59,085 nt of DNA, taken from NCBI RefSeq assembly GCF_902713615.1, contig NC_052149.1, positions 125,496,171-125,555,255 on the forward strand, read 5' to 3'. The notes below the pieces were generated by a model that was not told the DNA's origin, ran no database searches, and saw nothing but the letters and a program-made list of their open reading frames with translations. A program made the position numbers and the translations under genes. Below are positions 25,544 to 38,529 of the stretch, in pieces. How positions within the stretch are numbered: position 1 is the first letter of the stretch; each line of letters starts with the position of its first letter. Source of the DNA: Scyliorhinus canicula. Taxonomy: Eukaryota.

Positions 25544-28500
25544 CCTTCCAAACTCCAAATCACTGACCTACACAGTTTTCCCTTCCCCAAATCCTCCCCA
25601 TGCTTTAAGAAAAACTTGGATTTGTGTTTTCACAACCGTCGGACCGCTCAGTTTTTGAAGTGTAGCCCCTGTTGCAATGTAATAATGTGGCAGCCAATTG
25701 TGATGTTGATTGAGGGATAAGTATTTGCCAATACTTATACCAATAAGTATTGGTATAAGTGGGGCCAGTAATAACTCCCCTGGTCTTCTTCAGAATAGCC
25801 ACCATCGGGGATCTTTTACATCGACCCCAGCAAGTGTTTAGAATTTCATCCAAAAGTGACAATGGTTGAGATCTTCCGGCTGTCCAGGCCGGCAGGATCT
25901 TCCGGTTTACTGGATGGCGCTCGCCCGCCGTGGTTTTCCATCTGCGTGGGGTGGATTCAATAGGGACTCCCATTGACAGCGGCAGGACCAGAAGATTCCA
26001 CCGCTGGCCAACAGGGGGGGCTGCCTGCCGCCGCCGAGAAACATGCCAGAGAATCCCACCCATATTATCGCTCCTTCACTGCTGCCCTGGAATGTCAGCC
26101 TTGATTTGTAAATTCAAACCCTGAAGAGGGTCTTCAATCTGACTCTGAGTGCCTCCAAGGGGGGAATGCTACCAACTGAGTCACAACTGAGACAAGGCAA
26201 TGAAACAAAGACTGATTACAACCCCTCATTGCAGGCTCTCAAAAGGAGGAACTTCTTCTCTTCCTCAGGTCACGTTACAATCCAAAAAAAGTTAAAACCT
26301 AATCGTTGCTTCTTGATTTACCTTCTCTCCAGGTTTGATAGTGTCTTGGACAAAATGCTGTGATGATAAAACTGATCTAAACCAGCGACAGGCTGGAAGC
26401 TAATCGGCAGCTTGGTGGTATACACTGTCACAACACTTCTTTTACACATGAACAATGGCACAGAAGCAATCATTTATCCCAGCCAGTCCATTCCGGTATT
26501 TATGCTCCACTCAAGTCTCCCCCTATCTTCCCTCAACTAAATCTATAATTCTAACCCTCTATTCCCTTCTCCCGCAGATGCTTGTCCAGCTTCCCCGTAA
26601 ATGCATCCAACCTATTTGCTTCAACCACTTTCTGCGACAGCACGTTCCACATTCTCAGCAAAATTGAAAGTGAACGTTGCCATAGTCCATAGGACCATAG
26701 ACGGCTTTCTCCTTTGAGAAAGAGCTACCTGGTGGTGATTTAACTTGAGGGTCACCACACCTCAAGGTTGAGAAGGCGAGGCCTTCATGAATTACCTCAG
26801 CCGGCATGGGAATTGAACCCACGCTGTTGGCATCGCTCCACATCATGAACCTGCCGTCCAGCCAACTGAGCTGAGCAAACCTCCCAACATTCTCACCAAT
26901 CTCTGGGTGAAGTGGCTTTCTCTGAATTTCCTATTGGATTGCTTGGTGACTCTCTTCCATGGATGTCCTTTAGTTAAACACCATTGACTTGGAAAATATT
27001 GCCAAGATTTTTAATTTACAACCAAGTAGAAGTGAAAGTGAGATTAGGAGACAAGTATCTGAGAGTTAAAAGTTCAGTAGAAAGAAGAACTGAGCAATTT
27101 GAAAGGTCTGTTGGTGCTTTACTAGAAAGCCATTTCATGGGCAAAATTCTCCGACCCCCAGCAGGGTCGGAGAATCGCCCGGGGCCGCCGAAAATCCCGC
27201 CCTCGCCGTGGCAGAAATTCTCCGCCACCCGGGAATTGGCGGGGGCGGGAATCATGCCCGCCGATCGGCGTGACGTCCGCGCCGATCGGCGAGGCCCCTG
27301 CGGTGATTCTCCGGCCTGCGATGGGCCGAAGTCCCGCCGCTGGGAGGCCTCTCCGAGGTTTGAACCACCTCTGGTGGCGGCGGGATTGGTGGCGCGAGCG
27401 GGCCCCCGGGGTCCTGGGGGGGGGCGCGGGGCGATCGGACCCCGGGGGGTGCCCCCACGGTGGCCAGGCCCGCGATCGGGGCCCACCGATTGCCGGGCGA
27501 GCCAGTGCCGTGGGGGCACTCTTTCTCTTCCGCCGTCGCCACGGCCTCCGCCATGGCGGACACGGAAGAGAATCCCCCAGCGCGCATGCGCCGGTGATGA
27601 CATCAGCGGCAGCGGCGCCGGGCGGCGGGCGTCAAAGGCCGCTGGTGCCGGTTTTGGCGCCAGTCGGCGTGGTGCCAACCGCTCCGGTGCGGGCCTAGCC
27701 CCCAAAGGTGCGGAGAATTCTGCACCTTTGGGGAGGCCCGACGCCGGAGTGGTTGGCGCCACTCCCCTACGCCGGGACCCCCCGCCCCGCCGGGTAGGGG
27801 AGAATGCCGCCCCACATTGCTGATACAGACCAATGTCACTCCCTTGTTTATTGGTTTCTCAAAAGTCGAAAGAACTTTTTTATTCCTTGATTGGATGTGG
27901 CCGTCACTGGCTAGTCCAGCATTTATTGCCCATCCCTAATTGCCCTTGAGAAGATGGTGGTGAGCTGCCTTCTCAATCCGCTGCAGTCAATGTGGTGTAG
28001 GTACAACCATAGTGCTGTTAGTGAGGGTGTTCCAGGATTTTCACCCAGTAACGGTGAAGGAACGGTGCTATATTTCCAAATCAGGATGGTGAGTGGCTTG
28101 GAGGGGAACCTGCAGATTGTGGTGTCTGCAACTCTGGAAGAGGGTTTGGAAGGTGCTGCCTAAGGAACCTTGGTGAGTTGTTACAGTGCATCTTATAGAT
28201 GGTACACACTGTTGCTACTGTGCGTGGAGGGAGTGAATGTTTAAGATGATTGATGTAGTGCAGATCAAACAATTCATTTGTCCTGGATGGTGTTGAGCGT
28301 GAGTGTTATTGGAGCTGCTTTCATCCAGGCAAGTGCAGAGTATTCCACCACACTCCTGACTTGTAGATGGTGGTCAGACTTTGGGCAGTCTGGAGGTGAG
28401 TCACTCGTCTCAATGCTCTTCTTAGTAATGAGTGTTGAAGCTCTCATAGAACATAGAACAGTACAGCACAGAACAGGCCCTTCGGCCCTCGATGTTGTGC

Positions 28501-29659
28501 CGAGCAATGATCACCCTACTCAAACCCACGTATCCACCCTATACCCGTAACCCAACAACCCCCCTTACTTTTAACTATTCTCCTCGCAGAATATACTCTA
28601 TTGGCTTCCTCTCCACAGTCCTGCTTCCAAGTGGTGATTCATCAGCTGAGGGTGTGGGCGTGTGGGGGGTGGCAGTCGCTGGTAATCAGTAGGAGGGTCC
28701 CCTGCCACTCTTTGATCTGGTGCTCTGTGATTTAAAGAGATCCGAAGTCAATGCTGGGCTCTCCTCTGACTCTGTGCCACCTCTGGGGGGTATGTCCTGC
28801 CGGTGGGATAGTCCACCTCCAGCAATGGTGATGGAGCTGCCTGAACCATGGACCCGGTTAAATGCTTTGTGCTTCTCTACAAATACAGCAGCAACTTGTG
28901 TTTACATAGATCCTTTAATATCCAAAATATCCCAAGGTGCTTCACTGAAGCACAGTCAAAAATCTGCTGACCATCCTTTAAAAAGTATTGTCTTTCAATT
29001 GATCCCCTCAGCACCTATACCATTTTTGGGCTGCGGTTAATATTAAGCTGAGGTTTTACAATAGAGAGCTATTGAGGAACTGCAATTAATCTGATTAATT
29101 CCCCATTCTGTCAATACTGTGTACTTATATAAAAGCAAGCATTTGTGTCGCTGAGGTGTCATCTCATTCAGCTGCCATGCATTAAGAGGGAGTTGCGACT
29201 ATGGACTTCTTGCTGCAATTATACAGGGCCTTGGTGAGACCACCCCTGGAGTATTGTGTGCAGTTTTGGTGTCCTTATCTGAGGAAGGATGTTCTTGCTA
29301 TGGAGGGAGTGCAGCAAAGGTTTACCTGACTGATTCTTGGGGTGGCGGGACAGACATATGAGGAGAGATTGAGTTGCTTAGGATTATATTCACTGGAGTT
29401 TAGACGAGTGAGGAGGGATCTCATAGAAACCAATAAAATTCTAACAGGGTAGATGCAAGAAGGATGTTCCCGATTGTGTTGGTGCCCAGAACCAGTGGTC
29501 ACAGTCTGCGGATACGGGGTCAACCATTTAAAAGTGAGATGAAGAGAAATTTCTTCACCCAGTGAATGGTCTTCCTGTGGAATTCACTAACACAGAACTC
29601 AGTTGGGGCTGCACGGTGACGCAGTGGTTAATAATAATAATAATAATAGGGCTCTTGGC

Positions 29660-29980
29660 ACCGTGAGGCAGCATTGTATGGTAGCACGGTGCTTAGCACT
29701 GTTGCTTGTCAGTGCCAGGGTCCCAGGTTCGATTCCCGGCTTGGGTCACTGTCAGTGCGGAGTCTGCATGTTCTCCCTGTGCCTGCGTGGGTTTCCTCCG
29801 GGTGCTCCGGTTTCCTCCACAAGTCCCGAAAGACGTGCTGTTAGGTGAATTGCATATTCTGAATTCTCCCTCCGTGTACCGGTGCCGGAATGTGGCGACT
29901 TAGGGGCTTTTCACAGTACCCTCATTGCAGTGTTAATGTAAGCCTACTTGTGACAATAATAAAGATTATTATTTATTATT
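29660..29980 (+). mobile_element. tRNA SINE with a third tail type (…gtgacaataaagattattatt)
   Basis: Same head as the other SINEs, tail gccggaatgtggcgac(t)aggggcttttcacag; another copy at about 36278-37320. Confidence 0.75.
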
Positions 29981-30079
29981 AGCTCTTGGGGCGAAAGGAA
30001 TCAAAGGAAATGGAGGGGAAGACGGGATCAGGTTTGAAGGACCGGATAGCCTCCTCCTGCTTTTATTTTCTATGTTTCT

Positions 30080-33000
30080 TTTTTTTTTAAATAATTTTTA
30101 TTGAAATTTATTGATAAATATATATCAACAGAACAAAAATAACAATAACAATAATAATAAACACCCCCCGGCACCCGTAACAACGCATATAACAAACCCC
30201 CCCCCCCAACCCAATAAACAACAAAATAAATTAACAATAAGCAAATTAACTTAAACACTATCCCCCTAAACCCCCCCCCCCCTTCCCCCCGTCCCCCCCG
30301 GGTTGCTGCTGCTGCTGACCTAGTACCTTATCGTTGAGCCAGGAAGTCGAGAAAAGGCTGCCACCTCCTAAAGTACCGACCCCCTCAGGGCGAATTTGAC
30401 CCTCTCCAGCTGAATGAATCCCGCCATGTCATTAATCCAGGTCTCCACACTCGGAGGTCTCGCATCTTTCCACTGCAGCAAGATCCTCCGCCGGGCTACT
30501 AGCGACGCAAAGGTCAAAACATCGGCCTCTTTCGCCTCCTGCACTCCCGGCTCCACCCCAACCCCAAATATCGTGAGTCCCCAGCCTGGCTTAACCCTGG
30601 ATCCCACCACCCTCGACACCGTCCCCGCCACCCCCTTCCAGAACTCCTCCAGTGCCGGGCATGCCCAAAACATATGGGCATGGTTCGCTGGACTCCCCGA
30701 ACACCTGACGCACCTGTCTTCACCCCCAAAGAACCTACTCATCCTAGATCCGGACATGTGGGCCCGGTGCAGCACCTTGAACTGGATGAGACTAAGCCTC
30801 GCACATGAAGAGGAGGAGTTCACCCTCTCCAGGGCGTCCGCCCATGTCCCCTCCTCAATCTGCTCCCCCAACTCCACTTCCCACTTAGCCTTCAGCTCCT
30901 CTACCGACGCCTCCCCCACCTCCTGCATTACCTGGTAGATGTCCGACACCTTCCCATCCCGACCCACACCCCCGAAAGCACCCTATCCCTTACCCCCCCG
31001 CAGGGGCAGCAAAGGGAACCCCTCCACCTGTCGTCTACCAAACGCCTTGACCTGAAGGTACCTGAACATATTCCCCGGGGGGAGCTCAAACTTCTCCTCC
31101 AGTTCACCAAGGCTCGCGAACCTCCCGTCAGTAAACAGGTCTCCCAACTTCCTAATGCCACCCCAGGAACCCGCCATCCATGTTCCCTGGGATAAACCGG
31201 TGGTTCCCCCGCAGCGGGGCCTCCACCGAGCCCCCCACTTCCCCCCTGTGTCGCCTCCACTGCCCCCAAATTTTGAGGGTAGCCGCCACCACCGGGCTCG
31301 TAGTGTACCTCGTTGGAGGGAGCGGCAACGGCGCCGTTACCAGTGCCTTCAGGCTCGTGCCTCCACAGGACGCTATCTCCATCAACCATCTCCATCCGTT
31401 TCCATGCTGCCCCCTCCCCATCCATTACCTTCTTACGTACCATCGAGACGTTAGCTGCCCAATAGTACCCAGAGAGGTTGGGCAGCGCCAGCCCCCCTCT
31501 ATCCCTGCCCCGCTCCAAAAAGACCCTTCTTGCCCTCGGAGTCCCGTGCGCCCAAACAAATCCCAGAATGCTGCTGTTCACCCTCCTAAAAAAGGCCCTC
31601 GGAACAAAAATGGGGAGGCACTGAAACAAAAACAAGAACCTCGGGAGCACCGTCATTTTAACGGACTGTAGTCTACCCACCAACGACAACGGCAGCATGT
31701 CCCACCTTTTAAATTCCTCCTCCATCTGCTCCACCAACCTAGTAAAATTGAGCTTGTGCAGAGTCCACCAGCTCCTAGCCACCTGAACCCCCAGGTACCT
31801 AAAACTCCTCACTGCCCTCTTTAGCGGGAGCCTACCAATCCCCTCCTCCTGATCTCCCGGGTGTACAACAAACAGCTCACTCTTGCCCAGGTTCAATTTA
31901 TATCCCGAGAAACTCCCGAACTCAGCAAGAATCTCCATCACCTCCGGCATTCCCCCCACCGGGTCTGCTACATACAGCAGCAAGTTGTCTGCATACAGCG
32001 ACACTCGGTGCTCCTCCCCACCTCACACCAAACCCCTCCACCTCCTCGACTCCCTGAGAGCCATGGCAAGAGGCTCAATTGCCAACGCAAAAAGCAAGGG
32101 GGACAGGGGGCACCCCGCCTCGTCCCACGGTAGAGCTTGAAGTACTCGGACCTCCTCCCATTTGTCGCTACACTCGCCATCGGGGCCTCGTACAGCAACC
32201 TCACCCATTTAATAAACCCCACCCCAAACCCGAACCTCTCCAACACCTCCCACAAGTACCCCCACTCAACCCTGCCAAAGGCCTTCTCCACATCCAATGC
32301 CACCACAATCTCCGCCTCTCCTTCTGCTGCCGGCATCATTATCACATTTAGCAGCCTTCGCACGTTAGTGTTCAGCTGCCTCCCCTTCACAAAACCCGTC
32401 TGATCCTCATGTATCACCCCTGGCACACAGTCCTCTATTCTAGTGGCCAAGATCTTCGCCAGCAACTTGGCGTCTACATTCAACAGTGAAATTGGCCTGT
32501 ATGATCCGCACTGCAAGGGGTCCTTATCACGCTTCAGGATCAGGGAGATTAGTGTCCGAGACATCGTCGTGGGCAGAACACCCCCCTCCCATGCCTCGTT
32601 AAAGGTCCTGACCAACTGGGGGCCCAGCAGGTCCGCGTATTCCTTATAAAATTCAACCGGGAACCCATCCAGTCCCGGCGCCTTCCCCGACTGCATGTGG
32701 CCAATCCCACTGACCAGCTCCTCCAACTCGATCGCGCCCCCAGTCCCTCCACCTGCTCCTCCTGCACCCTTGGGAATCGGAGCCTGTCCAAAAAATTCTC
32801 CATTCCCCCTCCCACCGCCGGCGGCTCCGACCGGTACAGTTCCCTATAAAAGTCCCTAAAGACCTCATTGACCTCTGCCCCCTGCCGCACCACATTCCCA
32901 CCCCTATCGTTCACTCCACCAATCTCCCTAGCCACGTCCCGCTTACGAAGCTGGTGCGCCAGCATCCTGCTCGCCTTCTCTCCATACTCATAGACCGCTC

Positions 33001-35742
33001 CCTGCGCCTTCCTCCACTGTGTCTCCGCCTTTCTGGTGGTCAATAAATCAAACTTGGCCTGCAAGCTACGCCACTCCCCCAGCAATCCCTCCTCCGGGGC
33101 CTCCGCGTACCTCCTATCTACACTCAACAGCTCCCCCACCAGTCTCTCCCTCTCCCTCCTCTCCCCCCTCTCCCTATGGGCTCGGATGGAGATCGGCTCC
33201 CCCCTAATCACTGCCTTCAGAGCCTCCCACACCATCCCCACCTGGACCTCCCCAATATCATTGACCTCGAGGTACCTCTCGATACATCCCCGAACCCTCC
33301 TACACACCTCCTCATCAGCCAACAACCCCACGTCCAGACGCCAAAGCGGGCGCTGGCCCCGCACCTCCCCCATCTCCAGATCCACCCAAAGCGGAGCATG
33401 GTCCAAAATCGCAATAGCCGAATACTCGGCCTCCTCCACCCTCGGGACCAGTCCCCTGCTCAAAACAAAGAAATCAATGCGGGAATAAACCCTGTGCACA
33501 TGGGAGAAAAAAAGAGTACTCCCGAGCCCTCGGCCTCCCGAACCTCCAGGGATCCACTCCTCCCATCTGGTCCATAAACCCCCTCAATACCTTGGCCGCC
33601 GCCGACCTCCTGCCTGTCCTTGAACTAGAACGATCCAGTAGGGGATCCAGCACCGTATTGAAGTCCCCCCCCCCCCCATGATCAAGCCCCCCACCTCCAG
33701 GCCAGGAATGCGGCCCAACATACGCCTCATGAAACCAGCATCATCCCAATTTGGGGCGTACACATTAACCAACACCACCCTCTCCCCCTGCAGCTTACCG
33801 CTCACCATCACATATCTGCCGCCACTATCAGCCACAACCTCAGACGCCTCAAACGCCACCCTCTTCCCCACCAGGATCGCCACCCCCCGGTTCTTCAAGT
33901 CGAGCCCTGAGTGGAAAACCTGCCCCACCCACCCCTTCCTCAGACGGCCTGGTCCGCCACCTTCAGGCGGGTCTCCTGGAGCATGGCCACGTCCGCCTTC
34001 AGTCCCTTCAGATGCGTAAACACCCCGGCCCGCTTAACCGGCCCACTCAACCCCCTCACGTTCCACGTAATCAGCCGGATCAGGGGGCACCCCGCCCCCT
34101 CCCCAGTCGACTAGCCATAGCCCATCGACTTCTCGCCCCTGGCCAGCACCCATTTGGCCCGTTTCCCACGGCGATAGAACCTCACCCCGACTCCCCCGAC
34201 CCGCAGCAACTCCTCCCTGGCCAATCCAGCAGCAACCCGGTATCCCCCCCCCCCCCCCCCCCAAGGCTAGGACCCCTCCTAGCCGCGACTCTCCCTCCAC
34301 TGTACTCCCGTGAGCCAGCTGACTTCTGCTGACCCCGGCAGCTCCCTCCCTAACTCCGACCCCTCCCGATATGAGGTCCCCCCTCCTCCCCTGCATCAGC
34401 TCCTGGGCACCGCTTCAGCGCGGGAAACCCGGTCTAATAGCCACGCCCCTCGCCACCAGCTCCACCCCCTCGTCCCGCAGCGCGGGAAACCAGAGAAAAG
34501 CCCGCGCTTTCACACTGCCCCACCCCACCAACGCAGCTCCCAAACCGCAGTCCCAACCCAACCACCACCTCCATACAAACAACGACACAGATCAACCACA
34601 AACCCCAGTACACCCCTTAGAACACAAAACCATAACCCACGTCGTCCGAAAGCGAGAGAAAAAACAGAAACAAACAGAATAACCCGCTACAGCATAAACA
34701 ATGATACATGAATAGAATAGAAAAACTCCCACAGCCCCTAATCTCTAGTTCGAGTCCAGCTTTTCAGCCTGCACAAAGGCCCACGATTCCTCCGGGGACT
34801 CAAAGTAGTATTGCCGGTCCTTGTAGGTGACCCACAGGCGCGCAGGCGGCAACATGCCGAACTTCACCTGCTTTCCGTGGAGCACCGCCTTCGTCCGGTT
34901 AAACCCGGCTCTCCGCTTGGCCACCTCCGCACTCCAGTCCTGGTAGATACGCACTACCGAATTCTCCCACTTACTGCTCCTCACCTTCTTGGCCCATCGC
35001 AGAACACACTCCCGGTCGCTGAACCGATGGAACCGCACCAGCACCGCCCGCGGGGGTTCATTCGCCTTAGGCCGCCTGGCCAGTACTCTGTGGGCCCCCT
35101 CCAGCTCCAGGGGCAGCTGGAAGGATCCTGCCCCCACCAGCGAGTTCAGCATCACGGCCACATAGGACGGCAGGTCCGACCCCTCCAGCCCCTCCTCGAG
35201 GCCCAGGATCCGCAGGTTCTTCCTCCGTGATCAAAGCTCCATCTCCTCGAACCGATCTTGCCACTTTTTATGAAGCGCCTCGTGTATCTCCACCTTCCCC
35301 ACGAGGGCCGAAACCTCCTCCTCGCGCTCAGAGGCCTGCTGCTGCAACTCAAGTATCGCTGCACCCTGGGTTGTCTGGGTCTCCAGCAGCTTACTAGTCA
35401 TCACCTTCAGGGATTCCAGCAACTCCCCTTTCAGCTCCGTGAAATAGCGCAGAAGGGCCGCCTGCTGCTCCTCAGCCCACTGCCTCCACTCCTCAGGGGC
35501 TCCACCGGCCGCCATTTTGTCCACCTTCCCCCGCTTTTCCAGGGGAGCTGCTGCCGTTTTTCTCCTCGCCCCACTTCGAGTCCGCACCATAAATCCCGGG
35601 GGGTTTTGCTCCAGACCCCTTTATCCACCGGGAATCATCGAATCAGCGCTGTTTGGGGCCCTTAAAAGAGCCCACAAGTCCTTTTGAAGCGGGAGCTGCC
35701 GAACGTGCGGCTTATCTCCGCATAGCTGCAACCGGAAGAATG
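30080..35742 (-). mobile_element. Full-length, decayed L1-clade LINE, antisense in an RNase L intron
   Basis: ORF1 34745-35590 (coiled coil plus L1 ORF1p-like C-terminus, one frameshift). ORF2 about 30328-34118 (APE ITWNVRGL/NVYAPN, RT with YADN instead of YADD, Cys-rich C-terminus, several frameshifts). A-rich 3' tail; 13-bp TSD tttctatgtttct at 30067-30079 and 35743-35755. Confidence 0.93.
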
Positions 35743-36036
35743 TTTCTATGTTTCTAATGGATTGGCCCATGATGATACTTGGCAGATATATGTACAGTGG
35801 TTTGCTGTTACCTTCTGCGGCCTGGCTGACCAGGAAACTTTTCCCGCTCTTACTGCCTCTCCTCGGGCTTCTTGGAGAGATTTCCAGGTTGATAATCATG
35901 TTATGAACCCACTTTCTGTCACCCACAAGACCTGATAGTGAGACTTGAACCCAGAGTTTCTGGTCTAGAGGTAGGGACGGATGTTAGCCACAACGTTACC
36001 CAGCCCCTAACTGAGTTTTTAATGTTTTCATTCCAG

Positions 36037-36169
36037 AAAGAGCCAGTTTATCCAAAGCATTGCCAATGAAAACGATGTGACAAAACGGATTGTTTCCAGT
36101 CAGATAGTCCAGATTTTGAACAAGGCGGGCAAGGACCAGGAGAGATCCTTTCACCAGTGGACAGAGAAG
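36037..36169 (+). CDS. RNASEL: RNase L coding exon: start of KEN ribonuclease domain
   Basis: ttttcattccAG acceptor; KSQFIQSIANENDVTKR...RSFHQWTEK resembles human RYRTLRNVGNESDIKTR...SFDKWTTK; 133 bp, phase 2 to phase 0; donor GT at 36170. Confidence 0.9.
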
Positions 36170-36356
36170 GTACAGCTTTGAATCTGTAATCCCCAGAGCT
36201 GTCTGGGGTCTGATTAGCACCCAATGACAGTTACATTTGTACGGTTTAGATGCTTTCAGCTGCTAAAGACCTCAATTGGGCGGCATGGTAGAACAGTGGT
36301 TAGCACTGTTGCTTCACAACGCCAGGGTCCCAGGTACGATTGGTCACTGTCTGTGC

Positions 36357-37099
36357 TGTTGGACCTCTATCTTTATTAGTAACCACAAGACGCGAGTACA
36401 TTCTGTGTATTGGACAAATGACCACACAACCAGTATATTAGTTCAATTATTGTTTATTATTAGACACAGGATTGGTTCTATACTTAATAATCTACACACT
36501 ACTGCACATTACCTATACCTCACAGCTTAAATGACCTTTACTTAACTTTCAACTGACCGGCTCTGTGCAGGTTAGACAAGACCTTTATCTGGTTTCCCAC
36601 ATGTGGTGGCTGGAAGTTGGCATGAGCGTCCGGGCTGAGTCTCGTCCTTCAGGTAGCGATCGCGGGTCCTTGAACTTGGCTGGTTGATATGCTACAGTTG
36701 GCGTGGTCCCAAAAGAGAGCGAGCGTTGGTTGCGCAGTTCCTCTTATCCTCCGATCTTTCGGACGGTCCCAACTCAGGATCCAATAGATCGATAGGGTTT
36801 CGATCACCCAAATCGATTCTGGCCAATTAGGGGTGGGTACCTTGATAGCTGGGCGGGTCCTGGTTGTTATTTTTCAAGACACGTATGCACTTCCAAATAA
36901 GGTGAATAGGCACTCCCGAGTCTGTTCCTGCTGCTATGTTTCAATCTGTGTCCCATTGTCCTGGGGAAATCGGTGATTGATCTTTAGCAGGTGCAAGTTT
37001 CTGTACAGGTCTAGTTTCCTTTGCACAATACACACGTCTGTGTCCCAACCTGACCACAATTCCCATTATCCTTTGCGGACGGCCATTTTAAATGCTACA
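36357..37099 (-). mobile_element. Solo LTR inserted in a SINE
   Basis: Minus-strand start tgtagcatttaaaatgg; 4-bp TSD GTGC; splits the SINE at about 36278-37320. Confidence 0.8.
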
Positions 37100-37349
37100 G
37101 TGCGGGAGCCTACACATTCTCCCTGTGTCTGCGTGGGTTTCCTCCATGTACTCCGGTTTCCTCCCACAAGTACCGAAAGACGTGTAGTTAGGTAAATTAG
37201 GTAATTTGGACTCTGTGTACCCGAACAGGTACCGGAATGTGGCAACTAGGGGCTTTTCACAGAAACTGCATTGCAGTGCTAATGTAAGCCTACTTGTGAC
37301 AATAAAGATTATTATTGCGGTGTGTTATTATAAAGCAGAATTTTTTTTT

Positions 37350-38510
37350 AAAATTCTTTCACGGATGGCTGGACCAGTATTTACTGCCCATTCCAAATTG
37401 CCCCTTTAGAAAGTAGTGGTGAGCTGTCTTCTTGAACCGTTGCAGTCTATGTGGTGTAGGTACACCCACAGTGCTGTTAGAGAGGGAGTTCCAGGATTTT
37501 GACCCAGCCACAGTGAAGGAATGGCAATATATATCCAAGTCAGGATGATGAGTGACTCGGAGTGGAACTTCCAGGTGGTCGTGTTCCCTTGTATCTGCTG
37601 CTCTTGTCCTTCGAGGTGGGAGGTATCACAGGTTTGGAAGGTGCTGTTAAAGGAGCCTTGGTGAGCTCCTGCAGTGCATCTTGTAGATGGTACACAGCTG
37701 CCACTGTACATCGATAGTAGAAGGAGTGACAGTCAAAGAGGGTCAATCAAGCGGCTGCTTTGTCCTGGATATATGCTGAGCTTCTTGAGTGTTGTTGGAG
37801 CTGCACTCATCCAGGCAAGTGGAGATTATTCCATTACACTCCTGACTTGTGCCTTGTGACAGGCTTTGGGGAGTCAGGAGGTGAGTTACTGCATAATTCC
37901 CAGCCTCTGACTTGCTCTTGTATTTATATGGCTGTTTCATTTCAGTTTCTGGTCAATGGTAACCCTCTGGATGTGAATATTTGGGGATTTAGCAATGGTC
38001 ATGCCATTGAATGCCATGGGAAGTTAGTTCCATCTCTCTTGTTGGAGATGGCCATTGCCTGGCACTTGTCGAACACCTGGCGAATGTTACTTGCCATTTC
38101 TCAGCCCAAGCCTGGATATTGTCCAGGTCTTGCTGCATTTGGACATTGTCCAGGTCTTGCTGTATTTGGACATGGACTGTTCCAATATATGAGGAGTTAT
38201 GAATGATGCTCAATATAGTGAGGTCATCAACAAACATCCCCACTTTTAACCTTGTGATGGAAGGAGGGTCATTGATGAAGATGCTGAAGATGGTTGGGCC
38301 TGGGACACTATCCTGAGGAACTCCTGCTGTGATGTCCTGGAGCTGAGATGATTGACCTCCAACCACCACAACCATCTTCCTTTGTGCCAAGTATGACTCC
38401 AACCAGTGGAGAGTTTCCCCCCTGATTCCCATTGACTCCAGTCTTGTTAGGACTCCATGATGCCATGTTTGGATGAAAGATAATTAACTGCTCATGAGCA
38501 GATTGGTTTG
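37350..38510 (-). mobile_element. CR1 LINE RT fragment
   Basis: MGIRGETLHWLESYL...GVPQDSVPGPTIFSIFIND...MFVDD in ORF 37989-38432. Confidence 0.85.
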
Positions 38511-38529
38511 AGGCATTAGAGTGCTCGGA

